Part shown: positions 57,752-64,000 of the stretch, in pieces
How positions within the stretch are numbered: the stretch's first letter is position 1
Layout: each line of letters starts with the position of its first letter
Source: Polyangiaceae bacterium
GTDB lineage: Bacteria; Myxococcota_A; Polyangia; Polyangiales; Polyangiaceae
Assembly: GCA_044376115.1 (NCBI GenBank)
Contig: JBILLK010000030.1
Coordinates: 32,001 to 96,000 of the forward strand
Direction: 5' to 3'
Length of the DNA stretch: 64,000 nt
Notes under the pieces: generated by a model
Database searches by the model: none
The model's input: only the letters and a program-made list of their open reading frames with translations
Told to the model about the DNA's origin: nothing
Translations under genes and position numbers: made by a program

Positions 57752-59118
57752 TTCGTAGGGTTCCTCGTCGAGCGCTGCTGCGCGGCGCGATTGCAGGTGG
57801 TGCCGTGGCGATTGGCCTGCCGTGGCTCGAGATCATGGAGCCGGCGAAGCGCGTCTCCGCCGCTACGGCGCCCAAGCGGGTGGTCTTCTGGTTTACCGCC
57901 AACGGCTCCTTGCCTTCCATTTGGACGCCCCCGGCCGACCTCTCGATCGCCGACCACCCGATTCACGCGCCGCTCGCACCGCTAAAAGACAAGCTCTTGT
58001 TCTTGGCCGGGGTCGATCAGAAGGTTGCCTATCAATCGATCGGCGACGGACATCAGACGGGTATGGCTTGCTTACTTACCAATGCCGAGATTTTACCGGG
58101 TAGTCTGTTTTGCGAGGGCGAGTGCGCCGAGGGCATGCAGCAATATGTGGGTTGGGGCGGCGGCATCTCGATCGACCAACACATCGCCAACAAGATCGCC
58201 GAGACCACCACTACCAAGTACCGCTCGCTCGAGCTCGGCGTGCAGGTGAAGAGCGCCAGCGTTTGGTCGCGCATGTCGTACGCCGGTCCGGATTTGCCGT
58301 TGCCTCCGCGCGAGGACCCGACCCAGAACTTCAACGACTTCTTCAGCGATCTCGGCTCTGACCCGTTCGCTCTGGAGGTGCTCAAGCGCAAGCGCAAGAG
58401 CGTGTTGGACGCGGTGGGCGATGACTACACCGCGTTCAACAAGCGGCTCGGCAAGGAGGACCAAATCCGGCTCGAACAGCACCTCGAGGCGATTCGCAAG
58501 GTGGAGAAGAGCCTGGATTCGACCGGCCAGGTTGGTGAGGCCTGCGAGCTACCGACCGTGGATTTGCCGGGTGGGGAGTTCCAGCAGAATGACCTCTACC
58601 CAGTGACCGGCAAAGCACAGATGGACCTGTTGCGGATGGCGCTTGCCTGCGACATGACCCGGGTCGCCTCGCTGCAGTGGTCTACCTCGGTATCCAACAC
58701 GCGCTTCACCTGGTTGCCGCTGATCTTGGGCGAAGGCCACCATGACCTCTCGCACTACGGTGATGATGCGGGCTCGGCGCAAGCCGATATCGCCAGCATC
58801 AACCGTTGGTACACCGAGCAGTTCTTCTACCTGATCGATGCCATGCGCAACACGCCAGAGGGCGACTCCACTCTGCTTGATAACTCGGTGGTTGTGTGGG
58901 TGAATGAGCTTGGCCAGGGCAACAGCCACACGCGCAGCGGCATCCCGTTCATCTTGGCTGGTGGCTGCCAAGGCAGCTTCAACACCGGTCGCGTGGTGGA
59001 CGCAGGCGGTGCTCCTCACGGGCAGCTGCTGGTCTCGTTGGCGCAAGCGATGGACGCACCGGTGGACACCTTTGGCGTACCGGAACACAGCCAAGGTCCG
59101 CTGCCGAACCTCACCTGA
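57748..59118 (+). CDS. DUF1552 (HXXSHH) protein, Tat-exported (second copy)
   Basis: PRRALLRG, GLPWLEIM, SIDQ, SLELGV, KSVLD, CDMTRVA, GHHDLSHY, EGDSTLLDNS; ATGA overlap. Confidence 0.92.
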   Translation: MIRRVPRRALLRGAIAGGAVAIGLPWLEIMEPAKRVSAATAPKRVVFWFTANGSLPSIWTPPADLSIADHPIHAPLAPLKDKLLFLAGVDQKVAYQSIGDGHQTGMACLLTNAEILPGSLFCEGECAEGMQQYVGWGGGISIDQHIANKIAETTTTKYRSLELGVQVKSASVWSRMSYAGPDLPLPPREDPTQNFNDFFSDLGSDPFALEVLKRKRKSVLDAVGDDYTAFNKRLGKEDQIRLEQHLEAIRKVEKSLDSTGQVGEACELPTVDLPGGEFQQNDLYPVTGKAQMDLLRMALACDMTRVASLQWSTSVSNTRFTWLPLILGEGHHDLSHYGDDAGSAQADIASINRWYTEQFFYLIDAMRNTPEGDSTLLDNSVVVWVNELGQGNSHTRSGIPFILAGGCQGSFNTGRVVDAGGAPHGQLLVSLAQAMDAPVDTFGVPEHSQGPLPNLT

Positions 59119-59214
59119 GAACACGCGGCTGCTCCCACAGCCGCTGCTTCGGCCGAGCCCTGCACCCAAGCACGAGATGTTGCAACCGCAACCAAGCTCC
59201 ATTGTGGTGTCCCC

Positions 59215-60216
59215 ATGAAGAGGGTGAGTCGCGCGATTGCCTGGGGGGCCGCGCTGGGTTGGTTTGCTGCGCCGGGGGCCTGCAGTCAGGGGACCGGGGG
59301 CGCGAGTGAGCCCCCGACGGAGGCGACTCCGGAGAAGGTTGCTCGGCCCAGCGCGGAGCCTGCTCGCGACCTCAGCGCTCTGCCGAGCGCGCGTGCAACG
59401 CTGAGCGAGTCGGCGAGCGCAACCGCGGCGGACTCTGCCAATTCGGTTAGCGAACCACCGCCCTTTCCTTCGATGGTGTCGCGTCGCGATGCCAAGGGGT
59501 CCACGGTGCGGAAGATTGCCTGCGGCACGACGTTTTGCGCGGCGGGCGTTGAGGCGTGCACGGTCGTTTCGGGCAGCTGGCGTTGCGTGCCTTCGACTGC
59601 GGAGCTGCCGGAAGGCGGCTTTCAATGCGATGATGGGACCGACTGCGAGGCTGGAAAGACCTGCTGTGCGAGCTTCGCGTCGGCTTCCTACTGGACGGCC
59701 TGCAGCAAGCGACGAGGCGCAGGCAGCGATTGCAGCGCGGAGCTTTGCGAGATGGACGGGGCACCCTGTCCCACTGGGACGGCGTGCGTCGAGGGCTCTT
59801 GTCGCGTGGAAACGCGGCCTACTTGCGTCGATAAGAAGCGCTGCGCGAAAGACTCGTACTGCCTCTGGGGCGATGAGCGTAAGTGCCTGACGGAGGCGGA
59901 AACGCGGGCGCGGCCCAGTGCCGACATGGTTTCGGAGGAGGGTATCCTCGGTTGTACGCGTGCTTCGGACTGCAATGGCCAGCGCTGCTGCACCTCCAGT
60001 CTGGGCCCGAGCAACACGTTTTGCTCGAACGAGTGTGACTCCGCCAACAACCAAGTGATCTGCGACACCGTGGCGGACTGCGTGCACCTCAAGCCGCTCT
60101 ATTGCATGGGCGACGAGACTTGCAAAATGGCATGCCGTCGCGACCCGGCAAACGAGCAGCTGCTCCTGGTCACTCCGCCATGGACCAACGTGTGCGGCCG
60201 GGCAGAAAGCCCGTAG
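59215..60216 (+). CDS. Cys-rich exported/lipoprotein
   Basis: PGAC lipobox-like site, Ser/Pro/Ala linker, repeated CxxxxDCxxGxxCC motifs. Confidence 0.7.
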   Translation: MKRVSRAIAWGAALGWFAAPGACSQGTGGASEPPTEATPEKVARPSAEPARDLSALPSARATLSESASATAADSANSVSEPPPFPSMVSRRDAKGSTVRKIACGTTFCAAGVEACTVVSGSWRCVPSTAELPEGGFQCDDGTDCEAGKTCCASFASASYWTACSKRRGAGSDCSAELCEMDGAPCPTGTACVEGSCRVETRPTCVDKKRCAKDSYCLWGDERKCLTEAETRARPSADMVSEEGILGCTRASDCNGQRCCTSSLGPSNTFCSNECDSANNQVICDTVADCVHLKPLYCMGDETCKMACRRDPANEQLLLVTPPWTNVCGRAESP

Positions 60217-60226
60217 CAGTGCGTCG

Positions 60227-60811
60227 CTAGTTTTGCTCGTACCGCACGCGGATCACGGTGGTCGCCGTGATGGCGTTGCCGGCGTCATCGGTGCCGGGCA
60301 AAAATTGCGCGGCTTTCACGCAGCGGATCGCTTCCTGCGCGAAGCCGCCGGAGTCGCTGGCGACCTTCACGTCGCTGAGTGATCCGCTCGCACCCACCGT
60401 TACGCGAAGGGTGACGTGACCCTCGCTGACACCGTCTTTGCGATTCTCCGGAAAGGCGCAGGCGAGCTTGTTGCGAGGGCGCGGGCGCTTTCCCATCGTC
60501 GGGGGCGCGGACCAGGGCGCAGTCCCCGTGCCCGAGACGGCGCCACCCGCGACGCCCATTACGACGCCACCGGACACGCCGCTTTCCACGAAGTCCCCTT
60601 CTGGCGCAACCTCCGGCCTGTCGATCGGGCGCACTTCGCGTGGAGGTTGCGTCGTGGCTGCGACCACCGGCTTCGGCTCGGGCGGAGTGATTTCGATTGG
60701 ACGATCGAGCACGACCTCGATCGGCTCTTGCGCGCTCGGCGCGCTGGTTGCGCCACAACCGAGCGAGAGCGCGAGTCCAATACCGAGAGCCGGCAAGCTG
60801 CGCATTCGCAT
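60227..60811 (-). CDS. TonB C-terminal domain lipoprotein
   Basis: Lipobox LSLGC; Pro-rich linker; FPE...GVSEGHVTLRVTVGASG.L.DVKV...FAQEAIRCV...FLPG. Confidence 0.8.
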   Translation of the reverse strand: MRMRSLPALGIGLALSLGCGATSAPSAQEPIEVVLDRPIEITPPEPKPVVAATTQPPREVRPIDRPEVAPEGDFVESGVSGGVVMGVAGGAVSGTGTAPWSAPPTMGKRPRPRNKLACAFPENRKDGVSEGHVTLRVTVGASGSLSDVKVASDSGGFAQEAIRCVKAAQFLPGTDDAGNAITATTVIRVRYEQN

Positions 60812-60977
60812 GCCGAAGGCTTACCACGTCGGGGCGCGCGCCGCTGTGCGGGCAACGCCAAGCTCTTCCGCGAACTGAGCGCGCCGGTTCTCCGTTCACA
60901 CCGTTTTCACACGCGCTTCAGCAACGATTGTTGCGTCGTCATCGGGCGATTGATCGCCAGGCCTGACGCTGTGCGGC

Positions 60978-61219
60978 ATGTCGAATCCCTCTGTCGCACG
61001 GCGTCTCGCGTTTGCAGCGCCCCTCGCCGCTAGCTCGCTTACGTTTGTCGCGCTTGCGCTCAACGCTTGGTCACGCCGATCGCGTTGCTACAGGCCGCGA
61101 TGGGGCTGACGCTGGGCTGGCTCGCGACCTCGCACGATCGCGTGCTGCGCTGGGCAGCACGCGTGCTCGGTGCCGCGTTGATGGCGCTGCAGATCTATCT
61201 GCTCGTTTGCTTTGCGTAG
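60978..61219 (+). pseudogene. Small 3-TM membrane protein with a one-base frameshift at about 61069
   Basis: MSNPSVARRLAFAAPLAASSLTFVALALNAW | VTPIALLQAAMGLTLGWLATSHDRVLRWAARVLGAALMALQIYLLVCFA*. One extra G restores an 80-aa ORF. Confidence 0.5.
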
Positions 61220-61251
61220 GCCTTGAACGAGCCTGCCCCAATCCGCTCAGC

Positions 61252-61926
61252 TCACGCCAGCAGCGGCTTGCAGAACTCCAGCGTGCGCGACCACGCGAGG
61301 GCTTCCGAAGCCGGGTGATAGACCGTGGGATCGGCGCGCCGCATGAAGGCGTGCGCGCCCTCGTAGAAGTGGAGTTCGAACGAGCAGCCCGCCTCCGTGG
61401 CCTTCTCCTGCACGGCTTTTACCCGCTCCTGCTCGAGGTGCGCGTCCACCTCGGCGTAGTGGCCCAAGATCGGCGGTGTGCTGGCGCTGAAGGTCTGAAA
61501 GCTCCGGATGGGCAAGCCATAGAACGGCACCGCGCAAGCAAGGCCGGGAACCGAGCAAGCGCCGGCAATCGCTAGGCCGCCACCGAGACAGAACCCGGTG
61601 ATGCCGACCTTACCGTTGCAGCGAGGATGGTTCTGCAACGCGTGGAGAGCGCCAGCGACGACCTTCATCGCGGCGGCGGTCTTCATCTCGGTGACCAGCG
61701 TCATCGCATGTTCGGCCGTGGTGGCGACCTGCCCGCCGTACACGTCGATCCCGAGCGCCAGGTAGCCCTCCTCGGCGAAGCGGTCGCACAGTCGACGAAT
61801 GTCGTCATTGAGCCCCCACCATTCGTGAACGACGATGATCGCGCCTACCGGGCCTTCCCCCGCCGGGACGGCGAGCGCGCCAACGCTGGGCAACCCTTCT
61901 GCATCAAACGTGATCGGCTGTGTCAT
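61252..61926 (-). CDS. Dienelactone hydrolase family protein
   Basis: VHEWWGLN, GITGFCLGG, PFYG, HAF. Confidence 0.92.
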   Translation of the reverse strand: MTQPITFDAEGLPSVGALAVPAGEGPVGAIIVVHEWWGLNDDIRRLCDRFAEEGYLALGIDVYGGQVATTAEHAMTLVTEMKTAAAMKVVAGALHALQNHPRCNGKVGITGFCLGGGLAIAGACSVPGLACAVPFYGLPIRSFQTFSASTPPILGHYAEVDAHLEQERVKAVQEKATEAGCSFELHFYEGAHAFMRRADPTVYHPASEALAWSRTLEFCKPLLA

Positions 61927-62021
61927 TCCCACCGGTGTATCAGCACTCCTGTGCCGAACGAAAGCTCGCACGGTTGTGTCGCAGCTTGTCGCAAGCTCGT
62001 GTTGGCCCCACAGTCGGTCGC

Positions 62022-62813
62022 ATGAAACCTCGCTACGACAACATTGGCGCAGGCTATGGCCGCAGTCGGCGGGAGGACCCGCAGGTCCTTGCTCGCATCC
62101 AAGCAGCGCTCGGCTCGGCTCGCACAGTCGTCAATGTCGGCGCGGGCGCGGGCTCCTACGAGCCGGCGGAGCGACATGTGATCGCGATCGAGCCCAGCGA
62201 TGTAATGGCTGGCCAGCGTCCGCGCTCGAAGGCGCCGGCCATCCGAGCGAGCGCGGGCGCGCTGCCACTGCGCGACGGCTCTGTCGATGCGGCGATGGCG
62301 GTGCTCACGGTGCATCACTGGGACGAAGAGCGCGAGCGCGGCGTACGAGAGCTGCGGCGTGTCTCGAGTGGACCCGTCGTGATCGTGACGTGCGACCCTC
62401 GCGTGAGCGGTCAGATGTGGCTGATGCGTGACTATCTCCCGGAGGTCGCCGAGCTCGATCTGCAGACCTTTCCGCTGCCCGAGCAGCTCGCTGAGTGGCT
62501 CGGCGGTGATGCGCAGGTCGAGGTCGTACCGATCGCGCGAGACACGCCGGACTGGTCCTTGATGTCGTTTTGGGCGCACCCCGAGCGCGTGCTTGATCAG
62601 GGCGCCCGCAACGCGACCTCGGGGTTCGCGCGGATGACCGAGGCGGTCGTGGACCGTGTCGTCGGCGGCGTAAGCCGGGACCTCGCGTCTGGCGAGTGGG
62701 ATCGGAGGTACGGTTCGCTTCGTGGGCTGCGCGACTTCGACGCCGGCTTGCGAATCGTGATCAGCTCAGGCGACCGCTCGCCGTGGCCACGTCAACCCGA
62801 TGGTGAGGCCTAG
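62022..62813 (+). CDS. Class I SAM-dependent methyltransferase
   Basis: YDNIGAGY, VNVGAGAGSYEP, IEPS..M, LTVHHW. Confidence 0.88.
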   Translation: MKPRYDNIGAGYGRSRREDPQVLARIQAALGSARTVVNVGAGAGSYEPAERHVIAIEPSDVMAGQRPRSKAPAIRASAGALPLRDGSVDAAMAVLTVHHWDEERERGVRELRRVSSGPVVIVTCDPRVSGQMWLMRDYLPEVAELDLQTFPLPEQLAEWLGGDAQVEVVPIARDTPDWSLMSFWAHPERVLDQGARNATSGFARMTEAVVDRVVGGVSRDLASGEWDRRYGSLRGLRDFDAGLRIVISSGDRSPWPRQPDGEA

Positions 62814-63806
62814 CCCGAGCACAGTGAGGCCCACGAGACCAAAGGCGATAGCGCGGTGGCGCTCTCCCGCGGCGATTAACTCGCGCGTGCGCGCTGCCTT
62901 ATCCTTGCTCTCGCGCAGCCGCAGCTCGAGACCGGCTTGGTCGTAGCAGAACTCGCCGGTGCTTTCCTTGGGAGTGCGTCCTGTTCTTAGCCAGGTTTCT
63001 TTCGTAACCACGGCGGCATCGATGCACATGCAAAAATACTTGTCCCGCGTCTCACACGCGGGAGGTGGTTTGCCGCTCTTCAAATCAGCGAGTGATTGCT
63101 CCCAATGCTTGATGCTCTGCTCGTCGGAGCGCTGGCTCGAGGGGCCGTATCGGAGGCAGGATTGCCCAGTCTCCCAGTGATAAAAGGCATAAAGCAAGAC
63201 ACCGAGCGCAACCACCGTCGCTATCAGGATGCTCTTCAACTGTTTGCGGAACCCGCGGTCCTTGAGTCTGCGCGCACGTTGAGCGGGCCAGCCTTGCAGC
63301 CAACTCGCGAAGTAGGGCTGCTTCGCCGGGTCGACTGGCAACGTGCGCTGCATGACGGCCTCGCTTAGCCACTGGAAGTAATGCTGAGCCTCCATCGGTC
63401 CGGCCATGAAGCCTGGCGTGCTTCCGAACGCGTCGTAGCGGCAGGACCGCCCACCGAGAGGGCCGCAGCGGTCGAACGGGTGCAGCTGCACCGCGCGTCC
63501 CGCCGACAGGCCTTCCACCTTGCCGATCTCCACTTCACCCAGCTCGTCGAACCACCAGGAGATAACCGGACGGTTGAGCCACGGCTTGAGCGCCGCGCTC
63601 GTCAGTAGCATCGCGAACTCAGCCTCTGCCTCGGTCAAGAGCAGCCGCCGATCCGTGCCCACTGCGACGTAATGCGCATAGAGCTTCGGAACACCGAGCA
63701 CGTTGAACGAAAGGGGCTGCATGAGACAGCCAACCCAGCGAACGACTTCACCCGGCTGAAGCAAGGGCGCGACGTAACCGCTGGCAAGTGAATCCATGGG
63801 GTGCAT
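62766..63806 (-). CDS. Hypothetical membrane protein (PH-like N-terminal domain, 2 TM, Cys-containing periplasmic loop)
   Basis: LLQPGEVV...VAVGTDRRLLL resembles bacterial PH domains; two hydrophobic helices. Confidence 0.55.
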   Translation of the reverse strand: MHPMDSLASGYVAPLLQPGEVVRWVGCLMQPLSFNVLGVPKLYAHYVAVGTDRRLLLTEAEAEFAMLLTSAALKPWLNRPVISWWFDELGEVEIGKVEGLSAGRAVQLHPFDRCGPLGGRSCRYDAFGSTPGFMAGPMEAQHYFQWLSEAVMQRTLPVDPAKQPYFASWLQGWPAQRARRLKDRGFRKQLKSILIATVVALGVLLYAFYHWETGQSCLRYGPSSQRSDEQSIKHWEQSLADLKSGKPPPACETRDKYFCMCIDAAVVTKETWLRTGRTPKESTGEFCYDQAGLELRLRESKDKAARTRELIAAGERHRAIAFGLVGLTVLGLGLTIGLTWPRRAVA

Positions 63807-64000
63807 GTCGCCGACGTTTACGTCTGCGGCTGCGAGAAGCTGTCTCGCAAATTTGCGACAGGCGGATGCAGATTTGAGACGCCTTGCGCGAGCATGGGCG
63901 CGCAGCAGTATTGCGCTTTGCTTTCGACGACCGTGCGCAGGCTGCCCTGACCGCCTACCATCGCCGAATGAACGCCAGCCGCTTGGGGACGTGGAGCTTG

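Noticed and set aside
63842..63880. Palindrome tcgcaaatttgcga and bulged hairpin upstream of the last gene
   Set aside because: Single occurrence near the window edge; cannot be distinguished from chance or an ordinary operator

Overview
High-GC, gene-dense chromosomal segment that looks myxobacterial (Polyangiaceae/Sorangiineae-like). The taxonomic call is inferred from three Hanks-type Ser/Thr kinases, a MYXO-CTERM protein, many lipoproteins with Gly/Ser linkers, and two DUF1592/DUF1552 gene pairs. Recognisable housekeeping genes are murA, a thiolase, a CinA-like protein, xseB, radC, an RluA-family synthase and a DsbA-like protein, interspersed with many secreted or membrane hypotheticals. 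I found no rRNA, tRNA, transposase, integrase or CRISPR array. Most notable: (i) a radical SAM enzyme of the MJ0619/Tes (tetraether synthase) family that lacks the N-terminal auxiliary-cluster motif; (ii) a lower-GC island at about 12.8-14.6 kb with twin 49-bp covarying hairpins, a 15-bp tandem repeat, a hairpin-dense leader and orphan immunity-like genes including a frameshifted Imm11; (iii) a kinase/cyclase-like/STAND/TPR gene followed by two stand-alone HDOD genes, both with HE in place of HD; (iv) two paralogous heme-lipoprotein + Tat-metalloprotein (DUF1592/DUF1552) operons; (v) three frameshifted genes, one at a G9 tract. All family assignments come from motif recognition by eye, not from database searches. 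Start codons were adjusted manually where noted.
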